Positions 1-9,852 of a stretch of 32,000 nucleotides of DNA are shown here, one piece after another; the first letter of the stretch is position 1; each line of letters starts with the position of its first letter. The stretch covers positions 1,290,001 through 1,322,000 of the forward strand of contig NZ_AP012549.1 in assembly GCF_000829235.1 (NCBI RefSeq), written 5' to 3'. A model generated the notes under the pieces. That model was given only the letters and a program-made list of their open reading frames with translations. It searched no databases and was not told where the DNA came from. A program made the translations under genes and the position numbers. The stretch is from a cyanobacterium endosymbiont of Epithemia turgida isolate EtSB Lake Yunoko (lineage in GTDB: Bacteria > Cyanobacteriota > Cyanobacteriia > Cyanobacteriales > Microcystaceae).

Positions 1-283
1 CGCTTCTAACTATTGTTAATAATAAAGTATACTCGTTTTTTCCCGAGTCTATTGGAGCATAGTCTTTGATACCCATACAAGATAAAGATTCTGAACGTTT
101 TGTAAATATAAACCTCGACCTTTGTATTGATACCAAGACAATAGCGATTATCTTAGACTAAAAGGCAATCAACTCCTATTTATTAGGTACAGATTCTTAA
201 AGTAAAGATTTAATTAATTAAATTTTTTCCATAGAACTTTTCCTATGACTTATTGAGAAAAAACGGTTGATAAACTTTATCGC

Positions 284-622
284 TCACAGTTTCGTTGTTT
301 TACTTATTGATTGCAAAGATTGTTCAAACTCCATCCGTTGTTCTACATTTCGTAGAAAATAGCCACTCATCATAGCAGAAGCTAATAAACGTCCCAAATC
401 CTCTCGACTAGTATTCACGGTAATACTAAAGTGTTCGGATGGAAGATTTCCTAACAAACCAACAATATTCTGTTCCATAAATTGGAATACTTCAGAAGAG
501 TCTGGCTTTGACAATCGGGCAATAGTTTCTGGGCTTAAAGATTGAATATATCTCCACAAACTCTGCCCATTTTCTCTCTCATTGTCAGAGAAATGCCGAG
601 AATATTTAAAGTTATTAGTCAC
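284..622 (-). CDS. DUF760-family protein (conserved cyanobacterial/plastid-lineage protein, function unknown)
   Basis: 112-aa ORF with a DUF760-like core 'LWRYIQSLSPETIARLSKP...SAMMSGYFLRNVEQRMEFEQSL'. Family recalled from memory, not searched. Confidence 0.75.
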   Translation of the reverse strand: MTNNFKYSRHFSDNERENGQSLWRYIQSLSPETIARLSKPDSSEVFQFMEQNIVGLLGNLPSEHFSITVNTSREDLGRLLASAMMSGYFLRNVEQRMEFEQSLQSISKTTKL

Positions 623-795
623 TGCTGATCTCCTATAAACTCTACCTAAATCAAGGGGTTATTAACCATAACATAACTAATAGGATGGTATCGATAACCT
701 TCCTGTTTCACTTTAACAAGTTTAGTTGTTATATTAAGGTCAGTAAAACCGAACTGCCTTTCTGTATTCTCCAACCTCTTAATCTTAGAAATTAC

Positions 796-1752
796 TTAGC
801 TAGCCAAGTATTCCCTAATATTAGCCTTAAGTTTTCGGAGTTTTGCTAAGGCTTCTCGTTCAATTTGTCTAACCCGTTCACGACTAATATTAAGGATAGT
901 ACCAATTTTAGCTAATGTCAGAGGTTTGCCATCAGCGAGGCCAAATCTTAAAGCTAATACTTCTTTTTGTTGTGGTGTAAGATCTTCCATTAGTTTGTCG
1001 AGATCCAACTGCAAGGAGGAATAGGTAGCATAATCTTCAGGAGAAGGTCCGCTATCCTCTAATAAATCTCCTAATTCGGTGTCTTGGTTATCTCCTACCC
1101 GTAGATCTAAAGAGAGGGGTTGACGAGCGCGTTCTAGGTATTCCCGAACTTGTTTCGGGGTTAACTCTAGTTCTTCAGCTAGTTCTTGAATGGTCGCGGC
1201 ACGGCCTTTTTCTTGGGCAAGTTGTCGTTGTGCTTTCTTAATTTTATTAAGTTTTTCTGTGATGTGAATCGGTAAACGAATGGTGCGACTTTTTTCAGCG
1301 ATCGCACGGGTAATAGCTTGACGAATCCACCAATAAGCATAGGTTGAAAAACGATATCCTTTAGTAGGATCAAATTTCTCTACCCCACGTTGCATCCCAA
1401 TAGTTCCTTCTTGAATCAAGTCTAGGAGATCTAAATTGCGCTTAAGGTATTTTTTAGCCACTGATACGACTAAGCGAAGATTAGCCTCAACCATTTTACG
1501 CTTAGCTGCTTCTCCAGCAGCAATAACTGAGCGAAGTTCCTTCTGGGTGATTCTAGCAGTTTTTGCCCACTGAGCTACGGTGGGTTCTTGTCCTAGTTCT
1601 TCAGCTAAAGATTCTTGTATGTTCTCTAGGTTAACCAATTGTTGTACTCGCTTAGCATAAAGGATTTCTTCCTCATGAGTCAGTAAAGGAACACGACCAA
1701 TTTCTCTTAGATAGGCACGAACAGGATCTGGAGAAGTTGTGGAAATTTTCAT
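796..1752 (-). CDS. RNA polymerase sigma-70 factor, cyanobacterial group 2 type
   Basis: 318-aa ORF. Region 2 is '[41 protein letters not shown]' and the region 4.2 HTH is '[28 protein letters not shown]'. The short N-terminus lacks region 1.1, which fits group 2 (SigB-E type). An intact HIP1 site lies inside at 1298-1305. Confidence 0.95.
   Translation of the reverse strand: MKISTTSPDPVRAYLREIGRVPLLTHEEEILYAKRVQQLVNLENIQESLAEELGQEPTVAQWAKTARITQKELRSVIAAGEAAKRKMVEANLRLVVSVAKKYLKRNLDLLDLIQEGTIGMQRGVEKFDPTKGYRFSTYAYWWIRQAITRAIAEKSRTIRLPIHITEKLNKIKKAQRQLAQEKGRAATIQELAEELELTPKQVREYLERARQPLSLDLRVGDNQDTELGDLLEDSGPSPEDYATYSSLQLDLDKLMEDLTPQQKEVLALRFGLADGKPLTLAKIGTILNISRERVRQIEREALAKLRKLKANIREYLAS
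1298..1305. repeat. HIP1 octamer GCGATCGC (cyanobacterial highly iterated palindrome)
   Basis: Exact GCGATCGC read at 1298-1305 inside the sigma-factor gene. Confidence 0.9.
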
Positions 1753-2315
1753 AATGTGTAGTACAGTAGCAGTTTCAGGGTAATTGTAAGGTTATATGAA
1801 ATATTTTCTGATTTTATAAGAGTAACTGAGGAAATCCTATTTGAGTAGATTATGGTTTTCTGTTTTATTCATGGCTTTCGCCCATGGTATTTGGTATTTA
1901 GATTTAGAATTGACGACCATTCGGGGTGATGTCTTGATAAATTGGCAAGTTATGGGTTGAGAGTCAGTATTTACACTTTTTGTTCCTTAATAAGGTTACA
2001 TTTTTTTGTTAACTTTTATAAAGTTTATACTTTATTCAGTCAGTCTAGCCCTTTTCAAGAAAATATATTTATCGGGATAGATTACCTAAATTAGCAAAAA
2101 ATAAATGCAACCTATGAAACAAAATGTTAAGAACTATTAGAGTAGAGTTGTTCATGATTAAAAATATAGATAAATGTCCATAGTTAAGTATCAATTTTTA
2201 AAAAATTATGTCTTCTTTTATCTTCGACAGCCGTAATGATATAGAGGGAAATAGAAAAATGTAGAATATATTGTGGTAGTCTAGACCTCTACTGATATAA
2301 GCAAAGTTCAAAAAA

Positions 2316-3359
2316 GTGATTCTAGTTTCTCCTGACTTCTGGACTAAACTTCTACAACAACTTCTTGAAAAAGAGTCTTTATCTCAATCTCAAGCTTCCG
2401 AATTGATGAAGGGATGGATATCAGAAGCCATTCCCCCTGTAGTTTCCGGAGCAATTTTAGCGGCAATTCAGGCTAAAGGAGTTTCCGGGAGCGAACTAGC
2501 AGGGATGGCGCAAGTGTTACAGTCCCAATCTTTACATCGAACTGAAGTAAGTAGTGGGGAACCGGTAATTGATACTTGTGGAACTGGAGGAGATGGGGCT
2601 TCTACTTTTAATATTTCTACTGCAGTAGCGTTTGTAGTCGCAGCAGCTGGGGTCAAAGTAGCTAAACACGGCAACCGGTCAGCATCGAGCAAGGTAGGTT
2701 CTGCTGACGTTTTAGAGTATTTGGGAGTTCAACTTTGTGCCCCTTCAGAAAAGGTAGCAGAGGCTTTAAATGAGGTAGGAGTTACATTTTTATTTGCTCT
2801 AGGGTGGCATCCAGCAATGAAACATGTTGCCTCTTTTCGTAAGACTTTAAAAGTTCGTACTATTTTTAATTTATTAGGTCCATTGGTTAATCCGTTACGT
2901 CCTACGGGACAAGTTATTGGAGTTTATTCTTCTGAACTTATTGTACCAATGGCAGAAGCATTAAATCAATTAGGAATGCCTAAAGCAATTATTTTACATG
3001 GGCGGGAAAACCTCGATGAAGCAGGTTTACAAGATGCTACCGATTTAGCTTTATTGCGAGATAAAACTCTTAATTATAGTTATGTGATTCCCTCACAATT
3101 AGGATTGACTTCTGCTCCTTTATCGGCGTTAAAAGGAGGAGATGTAGAAAAGAATGCCACTATTTTAAAGAATGTTTTACAGGGTAAAGGAACTATTGCC
3201 CAAGAAGAGGTAGTAGCCTTGAATGCTTCTTTAGCTTTACAAGTAGGAGGAATCACTCCTTGGGAAAAGCATAATTTAGGAATTACAAGAGCTAAAGAGA
3301 TTTTAAGGAGTGGGGCTGCTTGGAAAAAATTAGAAGCTTTAGTTAAGTTTTTGGGATAA
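2316..3359 (+). CDS. trpD: anthranilate phosphoribosyltransferase
   Basis: 347-aa ORF. The only usable in-frame start is GTG 2316, because an in-frame TAA lies at 2298-2300. Motifs 'DTCGTGGDG', 'NISTA' and 'KHGNRSASS' are present. Confidence 0.93.
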   Translation: MILVSPDFWTKLLQQLLEKESLSQSQASELMKGWISEAIPPVVSGAILAAIQAKGVSGSELAGMAQVLQSQSLHRTEVSSGEPVIDTCGTGGDGASTFNISTAVAFVVAAAGVKVAKHGNRSASSKVGSADVLEYLGVQLCAPSEKVAEALNEVGVTFLFALGWHPAMKHVASFRKTLKVRTIFNLLGPLVNPLRPTGQVIGVYSSELIVPMAEALNQLGMPKAIILHGRENLDEAGLQDATDLALLRDKTLNYSYVIPSQLGLTSAPLSALKGGDVEKNATILKNVLQGKGTIAQEEVVALNASLALQVGGITPWEKHNLGITRAKEILRSGAAWKKLEALVKFLG

Positions 3360-4621
3360 TTTAAGTAAATCTTCTTGTCAAATATTGTGCCAGTAATAAT
3401 TGAAGAATTAAAAAAGTATTTTTTCACCTATCAAGATAATCTTTACGATTTTTATGAACATAAAATCGAGTCAGAATACCTAATTAAAATTCAATATAAT
3501 AAACATTGTAAACATAATCGCTAACCTTAGCAATAACAAATATTTAATAAAAGTAATTATGGAATCTATTGTTTGATTTTCCTTTCGGATTAGAAACCTG
3601 GGTCTATCGTTATGTTCATCGTCGTAATTTTTTGTAATTATTTTCAGTTAGTCAACCATTTACTAACGCAGAAATGGTAAGTAACGAATGCTTAGGTCTT
3701 CTAGAAAAGAGATCTCCTAATATCCAAAGTTTTTATGCTATCTTTTCCCTTGTAGCAGAGTTTTGGCGACAAAATTATAATAAAAATGTTAAAATCATTC
3801 AACAATCTACTTTTCTACTTTATTTAGTTGTATTTGGAGAATAAGCTTCTAGTACTAGTCAAGAAAAAAGGACAAAAGCGCCAGACTAACAATTAGAATT
3901 TTATTTAAAATATCTTGTCAACAGTCAAGGTTATCAAATTTTGCAACGTAATGTAATACTTGATGAATCTCCCAATAAGTTTGCTTCAATCGAGACACAT
4001 TTCATCAATAACCTAAATCTTTACAAGAGTAAATAATGATAAGCAAAAATTTTAGAAGTTGCTAATTTTTATAATGATTATTACAACTAAAATAAACTGA
4101 TATTGATAAACTTTACACAGTTTTCATGAAAAAATACTTCATAAATTTACTATATCTTTTCAAGAGAAGGGGTTGATAATAATATTTAAACGATCAAACT
4201 AGGAATAAATGAGTATAAAATTCGATAACCACTTCTGTTTTGTAAATTAGCATTTTAGGTATCTTATTTTAAAAGCTAATAATTGTCCATTTATACTATA
4301 ATTTTGACTGATAAATCCTTATACAAACTGATCATAATTTCATAGTTCATTTAGTTACTGATAATGTACTTAGATTAGGAAGTTTTTGTCACTACTTGGC
4401 AAGATTATCTTTTGACACGAAAGGCTACTATTATCAACCATGGTGAAAGACTTTATGTGGAATTTAATTTTATATTTATCATCTTAAACATACAAAATAT
4501 TTAGATTATTCTACATAATAAACTGTTTTAAAAACCCCTTTTTAAGGTAGATTACATAATCCTTACTTTTTTAAAATGTACCGGATAAACTTAGCATTAT
4601 AGCACGCCTAAATGATATAAC

Positions 4622-4663
4622 AATTAATAAAACTAAATATGTAGTAATTTAGTTTTATTAATT
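4622..4663. repeat. perfect 17-bp inverted repeat (hairpin) in decayed spacer
   Basis: aattaataaaactaaat (4622-4638) is the exact reverse complement of atttagttttattaatt (4647-4663), with an 8-nt loop. No adjacent intact gene. Confidence 0.85.
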
Positions 4664-5345
4664 AAATGTAACTTTTGGTTATGCTTGATTGTAAGGAATA
4701 CAAAAACAACAAAATAAAAGTTAAGTTCGTAAAAGAGTTGGGACTGATATATCTCTAAGTATAGTTTTTGTCTAAATAAAAAAATACTTTTATGTAAAAC
4801 AATTAAGATTGAATAAAAAAGGAAGTAAATTTTTTTTAAAAAAATTACCTACCATTACAAACAATAATCTATGCTTGTTGGGCTGATTTAGTAATTTCAT
4901 TATTGACAAGTAACAGAGGGTTATAATAGAAGAGAGATTCTCAGTATTTTTTACATAAACAGAAGTAATAGAGATTCTCCATATTTTTTTTATCGACAAT
5001 AGCATAAGTAGAAGCTACTTTTTCTGTGCAGAAAATGAACCTAAAATTAACATTCTTGATATTGGTTTTAAGATAAATTTTGTGTATTACTAAAATAGCT
5101 ACTATTATCCTAGCCTAAAATTGGAATAAGGTACATAAGCTAACCCAGGCAAATTTTAAGTGGACTAACAAAAGGTTTATCGTCCTTGTTTATATAAAGC
5201 CATAACTAAAACAAAAGGTAAATACTAAAAAAGGGACATTGAGTAGATGAAATTAAAATAACAACTTTCAAAAACTACATAGTTTTACTATTTTTCAATA
5301 GTCAATCTAAACTTGACTATTAATGTCTACAAGAGGACTACTAAT

Positions 5346-5828
5346 ATGAACGTTCGCATTGGTAATGGATATGATATCCACCGTTTGGTTCGAAGTCGTC
5401 CTTTAATTCTAGGGGGACTTGAGATTCCTCATGTTGTTGGTTTGTTAGGACACAGTGATGCTGATGTTTTAACACATGCTATTATGGACGCTATGTTAGG
5501 GGCGTTAAGTCTAGGGGATATTGGACACTATTTTCTTCCTTCTGACCCTCAATGGAAAGGAGTATATAGTATTGCTTTACTTGAACAAGTCAATCAATTG
5601 GTGCGATCACAAGGATGGCGAATTGGTAATATTGACTCAGTCATTATTGCTGAACGTCCAAAAATCAAGCCTTACATCTTAGATATGAGAAAAAAATTAG
5701 CTGAAACCTTAGATATAGAACATGATCAAATCGGAATTAAAGCAACAACAAATGAACGACTAGGACCAACTGGACGCGAAGAAGGTATCTCGGTTTATAC
5801 AGTGGCTTTATTAGTCAAGGAGGAATAA
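5346..5828 (+). CDS. ispF: 2-C-methyl-D-erythritol 2,4-cyclodiphosphate synthase
   Basis: The ORF opens at TTG 5313, but ATG 5346 gives the canonical N-terminus '[14 protein letters not shown]'. '[11 protein letters not shown]' motif present. 160 aa. Confidence 0.92.
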   Translation: MNVRIGNGYDIHRLVRSRPLILGGLEIPHVVGLLGHSDADVLTHAIMDAMLGALSLGDIGHYFLPSDPQWKGVYSIALLEQVNQLVRSQGWRIGNIDSVIIAERPKIKPYILDMRKKLAETLDIEHDQIGIKATTNERLGPTGREEGISVYTVALLVKEE

Positions 5829-5967
5829 GTATCGAGAATCACTCTATTTCTGTTAATCTATCTATTAAGCATTCTACTCTATTTCTCGGAGAGATGAATT
5901 AATTCTAAGTGCATACAGTGTTAGTATGAGATAAGGTTTGGTCCTGAAAAGAGCCTAAGACATCAAT

Positions 5968-7359
5968 ATGCCAACACAACGCATTAGAGACATTTTACAG
6001 AACGGTCAACCCAATGATGCAGTTACGGTTCAAGGTTGGGTACGAACCAAACGAGAATTGAAAAAATTCACCTTTATGGAGGTAAATGATGGTTCCTCCA
6101 TGACTAGTATTCAAGTGGTTATCGATGTTACAATGGTTAACCATGAAAATGTCCTCAGATGTTTGAATACCGGTGCTTCCGTTGAAGTAATAGGGACTTT
6201 ACTTCTTTCCCCAGGGGAAGGGCAACGCGTCGAAGTTAAAGCATCATCTGTACGAGTTTATGGGGAGTCTGATCCTAAAACCTATCCCCTCCAGAAAAAA
6301 CGCCACTCTTTTGAGTTTTTGCGTACGATTGGACATTTGCGAGCACGCACTAATACTATAGGTGCTGTCATGCGGGTTCGTAACGCTTGTTCGAGTGCGA
6401 TTCATCGTTTTTTTCAAGAAAGAAACTTTATATGGGTTCATACTCCTATCATTACCCCTAGTGACTGCGAAGGGGCGGGGGAGTTGTTTACTGTCACTAA
6501 TTTAGATTTAAATAAAGTTCTCAAAAATGAAGAAAAAAGTATAGATTACAGTCAAGATTTCTTTGGAAAACGAGCATATCTAACTGTTAGTGGTCAATTG
6601 GAAGCAGAAGTGATGGCAATGGCCTTTAAAAGTGTGTATACTTTTGGTCCAACATTTCGGGCAGAAAATTCTAATACTTCCCGTCATTTAGCGGAATTTT
6701 GGATGGTAGAACCTGAAATGGCTTTTTGTGATCTTGAAGATAATCAAGATTTAGCTGAAGCATTTCTAAAGTACATCTTTAAATCCGTTTTAGAAACTTG
6801 TCCAGAAGACATAGAATTTTTTGACAAACTCATTGATAAAACGGTTTTAGAAACAGCCAATAACATCATAGATAATGATTTTGAACGAATTACTTATACT
6901 GAAGCGATTAAACTTTTAGAAAGAGCGAAACAAAAGTTTGAATATCCCGTCGAATGGGGGATTAATTTACAATCAGAACATGAACAATATCTAGCTGAAA
7001 AATTATTTAAAAAACCGTTGATTGTAACTAATTATCCTGAGAAAATTAAAGCCTTTTATATGCGTTTGAATGATGATGGCAAAACCGTAGCAGCGATGGA
7101 TGTTTTAGCTCCCAAAATTGGCGAGATTATTGGAGGTTCCCAACGGGAAGAAAGGTTAGATATGTTGCAAAAGAGAACCAGTGAATTAGGTATTTTAGAA
7201 AAAGAAATTTGGTGGTATTTAGATTTACATCGTTATGGGACCGTTCCCCATTCAGGGTTTGGTTTAGGATTTGAAAGATTGGTACAATTTATGACAGGAA
7301 TGGGCAATATTCGGGATGTTATTCCCTTTCCAAGAACTCCCTTGAGTGCCGAATTTTAG
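5968..7359 (+). CDS. asnS: asparagine--tRNA ligase
   Basis: 463 aa. OB-fold N-terminus and class II motifs '[23 protein letters not shown]', 'GGSQREER' and 'GFGLGFERL'. Confidence 0.95.
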   Translation: MPTQRIRDILQNGQPNDAVTVQGWVRTKRELKKFTFMEVNDGSSMTSIQVVIDVTMVNHENVLRCLNTGASVEVIGTLLLSPGEGQRVEVKASSVRVYGESDPKTYPLQKKRHSFEFLRTIGHLRARTNTIGAVMRVRNACSSAIHRFFQERNFIWVHTPIITPSDCEGAGELFTVTNLDLNKVLKNEEKSIDYSQDFFGKRAYLTVSGQLEAEVMAMAFKSVYTFGPTFRAENSNTSRHLAEFWMVEPEMAFCDLEDNQDLAEAFLKYIFKSVLETCPEDIEFFDKLIDKTVLETANNIIDNDFERITYTEAIKLLERAKQKFEYPVEWGINLQSEHEQYLAEKLFKKPLIVTNYPEKIKAFYMRLNDDGKTVAAMDVLAPKIGEIIGGSQREERLDMLQKRTSELGILEKEIWWYLDLHRYGTVPHSGFGLGFERLVQFMTGMGNIRDVIPFPRTPLSAEF

Positions 7360-7394
7360 TTATGAATATATAATGAAGATTCGCTATTAACTAT

Positions 7395-7628
7395 TTACCT
7401 GTTAAGGAGTTCTCGGATTATTTTGGGAAAACTAAGAATTTGATTCCATAATTGTTGAGGAGAAATTCCTAAAGTAATTTGTAGAGCCATAACAATTACG
7501 ATAATAATAAAGGCGGTTGTGACACTGGCTTTCATAACTTTCGTTATCCAGTTGAAAACTAACCAAATAATCAACAAGGAGGCCACTAGGACAATTAAAT
7601 TAATTGGCATTACCCTTAGATTTAACAA
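7395..7628 (-). CDS. small hypothetical membrane protein (two predicted TM helices)
   Basis: 77-codon ORF 32 nt downstream of msrB on the same strand, with two hydrophobic stretches ('INLIVLVASLLIIWLVF', 'AFIIIVIVMALQITLGI'). No recognisable family. Its length is close to chance ORFs seen in the spacers, so it is doubtful. Confidence 0.4.
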   Translation of the reverse strand: MLNLRVMPINLIVLVASLLIIWLVFNWITKVMKASVTTAFIIIVIVMALQITLGISPQQLWNQILSFPKIIRELLNR

Positions 7629-7660
7629 TATTGAAATAACTAACTGTAAGACGGTGGAAT

Positions 7661-8077
7661 CTAACTGTCTTCTTTGGGAAAAAATTTCAAGGATATCCCA
7701 TTGATACAGTAACGTTGTCTGGTCGGGGCTGGACCATCACCAAAAACATGGCCTAAATGACTACCACAGCGACTACAATGGACTTCCGTGCGGGTCATGA
7801 ATAAAGACCGATCAATTGAAGTGGCGATTGCCCCTTTAATAGAATTATAAAAACTAGGCCAACCTGTGCCACTATTGTATTTGGTATCCGAGGTAAATAA
7901 AGAATGTCCACAAGCACCGCAGACATAAATTCCTGCCCTATATTGTTGATTGAGAGGGCTAGTTCCGGCAATTTCAGTTCCATGTTTGCGCAATATATAG
8001 AATTGTTCTAGACTTAATATTTCCTGCCATTCTTGGTCAGATTTAACGATTTCAAAATTCTCTTTTGAAGTTTTCAT
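7661..8077 (-). CDS. msrB: peptide-methionine (R)-S-oxide reductase
   Basis: 138 aa. Two Cys pairs ('CGACGHSLF', 'CSRCGSHLGHVF'), 'GWPSF', and the 'RYCING' MsrB/SelR signature. Confidence 0.93.
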   Translation of the reverse strand: MKTSKENFEIVKSDQEWQEILSLEQFYILRKHGTEIAGTSPLNQQYRAGIYVCGACGHSLFTSDTKYNSGTGWPSFYNSIKGAIATSIDRSLFMTRTEVHCSRCGSHLGHVFGDGPAPTRQRYCINGISLKFFPKEDS

Positions 8078-8106
8078 CTGTTTATAGGTTTAGTAATTTA
8101 GTGCAA

Positions 8107-8898
8107 TTAATTAATCGTGATCTGCGTGGGGCTACTTCCACCTGAACTTGTTTTTCTTTGAGGTTTACGATAATCTGTGTAGAAGCGATCTCGCCATAGG
8201 AAAAAAGCATCATAGTTGGTATTATCTGTCAACTCAGGAATTCCCTTCCCTTTTAATTGATTAGAAATATCGAGGTAATCTCCGGCAGGAAACTTTAAAA
8301 TCATACTTAATCCCGCCACGGTGAAATCCGCGAGGGTGGGCTCTTCTGTTACTAAATAAGGACGATGCTGCAAAATTAAACTTAAAGCTTCCAAATCCTG
8401 TTTAAGGGCAATCTGAGCAGTTTTGATTGCCTCTGGACCCAACCCAATTCCTGTTCCTAAAACTGTGAGTAAATCCCCAGGAATTGCCTCGATAAAAGTT
8501 TTGAGGAACTCGGGTACCTCTTCTGGCAAAATAGAGGTACGAAAATTAGGATTTTTATTCAACGCCCCAATGAATGCAGTACGTCCTTTAATGCCAATGG
8601 ATTCATCGGCCCATTCTTCAATCAACAAGCACTGTCCCCTCCCTACAGGATCAGTAGGAATAATAGGTTTTTCAGGATATTTACGGTCTAAATAAAAGGC
8701 AATTTCAGTTGAATCAGCGATAATAGTTTCTCCATCTTTTAAGACAGGTACTTGTCGCTGTCCAGAAAGTTTAAACAGTTTAAGCTGTCCAACTCCTGGA
8801 GTTACTTCTATTTTATGGTAATCCAATCCCTTGTAGTCAAGAATCAGCCGTACTTTTTCGCAATATTGAGACAACTCAAACTGGTATAACTCTAGCAT
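8107..8898 (-). CDS. glutathione S-transferase family protein
   Basis: The ORF opens at TTG 8916, but ATG 8898 gives 'MLELYQFELSQYCEKVR'. Thioredoxin-like GST N-domain ('QVPVLKDGETIIADSTEIAFYL') followed by a helical C-domain. 263 aa. Lies 29 nt upstream of msrB on the same strand. Confidence 0.85.
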   Translation of the reverse strand: MLELYQFELSQYCEKVRLILDYKGLDYHKIEVTPGVGQLKLFKLSGQRQVPVLKDGETIIADSTEIAFYLDRKYPEKPIIPTDPVGRGQCLLIEEWADESIGIKGRTAFIGALNKNPNFRTSILPEEVPEFLKTFIEAIPGDLLTVLGTGIGLGPEAIKTAQIALKQDLEALSLILQHRPYLVTEEPTLADFTVAGLSMILKFPAGDYLDISNQLKGKGIPELTDNTNYDAFFLWRDRFYTDYRKPQRKTSSGGSSPTQITIN

Positions 8899-9852
8899 GG
8901 AGACTCTTTCACCCAAAGTTACAACGTCAATATCTAATGTAACGTTCTTTTACTAAATTTGCGACTGAAAGAGTTTCTTGTCTCGAAATATACCCAGTGT
9001 GTTATTTGGGCTACCTAAAAACTTATGTAGGATACCATCTTGGTTTTAACTTATGGTTAAACTCTTCAATATTTTTTTGAATAGTCAAACTTTGATAAAA
9101 TTTCTTAAAAAATAGAATTTAATTGCTCAATAGTTTCTAATCGTAACTTATTATTGTGATCTCCCGGTATAATTTTTTGTTTATGGACTCAACTTTCTAC
9201 TCTAGGTTGAAACTTCTTATGGTACTTCATATAGTATTTTAAAATTAAGAATGATTCTATAAGTTAATTGAATTGAAAGAACTTAATAAATCTAGAAAAT
9301 CAATTACTATAATTGATAATTATTTTTTCATATTTAGCACTAATAATTTTTCTATTTTCTAAGGTAGATAAATCTAAATAGTTTTTGGACGCTTCTAGAA
9401 CATACTTGTCAATAGAGTTTTATCGTACCCATTTCCTTGATTTCTTTCTCTTTTGATTCCATTAACTATCAGTATGATTCCAACCCCATGAAAAATATTT
9501 GGATACTAAAATATCTCTAGTATCTTTTATTTAGATAACATAAATTATATTTCTAATATTTTTTAATATATACTATTTTAAGTAAAAATTTTAATATATT
9601 TATATATAAACAAAATAAGATATTAATATTTTATTTTGACTATTGACAGTTATCGTATTTTTTAAAGGATCAATATTTAAAATATTATGTAATCAATGAA
9701 CAATAAGTTCTTGATTCTATATAAAAATTTTATCTATTTTATGATTTTATTTTAATTGGTAGTACAGAAATTAACCTTTTTAAAAAAGTAAGTTATTACT
9801 TCGTCAAAAATATTCTAAGAGCAAATTAAATATTGGGTTTAAACTACTAAAC

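Noticed and set aside
1-76. Possible 5' end of a minus-strand gene leaving the left edge ('MGIKDYAPIDSGKNEYTLLLTIVRS')
   Set aside because: Only 25 codons are visible, with no motif, and the surrounding 280 nt look like decayed spacer. That is too little to support a call.
1179-1373. 64-aa ORF inside the sigma-factor gene, same strand, different frame
   Set aside because: It is fully nested in a strongly supported CDS and has no recognisable motif. It is an alternative-frame artefact.
1753-2315. Possible ncRNA or riboswitch in the 560-nt divergent region between the sigma-factor gene and trpD
   Set aside because: I saw only short stems (e.g. catgg/ccatg near 1871-1888) and no resemblance to any RNA family I can recognise. 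Most likely it is promoter/5'-UTR DNA for the two divergent genes.
2468-3427. Antisense ORFs 2468-2692 (74 aa) and 3080-3427 (115 aa) opposite trpD
   Set aside because: These are shadow ORFs on the strand opposite a well-supported gene, with low-complexity products and no family resemblance.
4790-5005. 71-aa ORF in the trpD-ispF spacer; likewise 21089-21295 (68 aa) and 27150-27347 (65 aa)
   Set aside because: The products are K/I/L/F/N-rich and low-complexity, typical of chance ORFs in AT-rich DNA. 21089-21295 lies antisense within the oxoprolinase pseudogene. None has a plausible start context or motif. 27150-27347 may be a gene fragment but not an intact gene.
5313-5345. Upstream alternative starts: TTG 5313 for ispF, TTG 8916 for the GST gene, GTG 15104 for the RibD-C gene
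   Set aside because: In each case a downstream ATG reproduces the canonical family N-terminus, and the extra residues have no counterpart in the families as I know them. The extensions remain possible but are less likely.
6244-6441. 65-aa antisense ORF within asnS
   Set aside because: Shadow ORF inside a confidently identified aaRS gene.
7519-7983. ORFs 7519-7704 (+) and 7795-7983 (-, alternative frame of msrB)
   Set aside because: They overlap msrB or the small membrane ORF. They have no motifs, and msrB accounts for the coding signal.
8423-8695. 90-aa antisense ORF within the GST gene
   Set aside because: Shadow ORF. The GST frame carries the recognisable domains.
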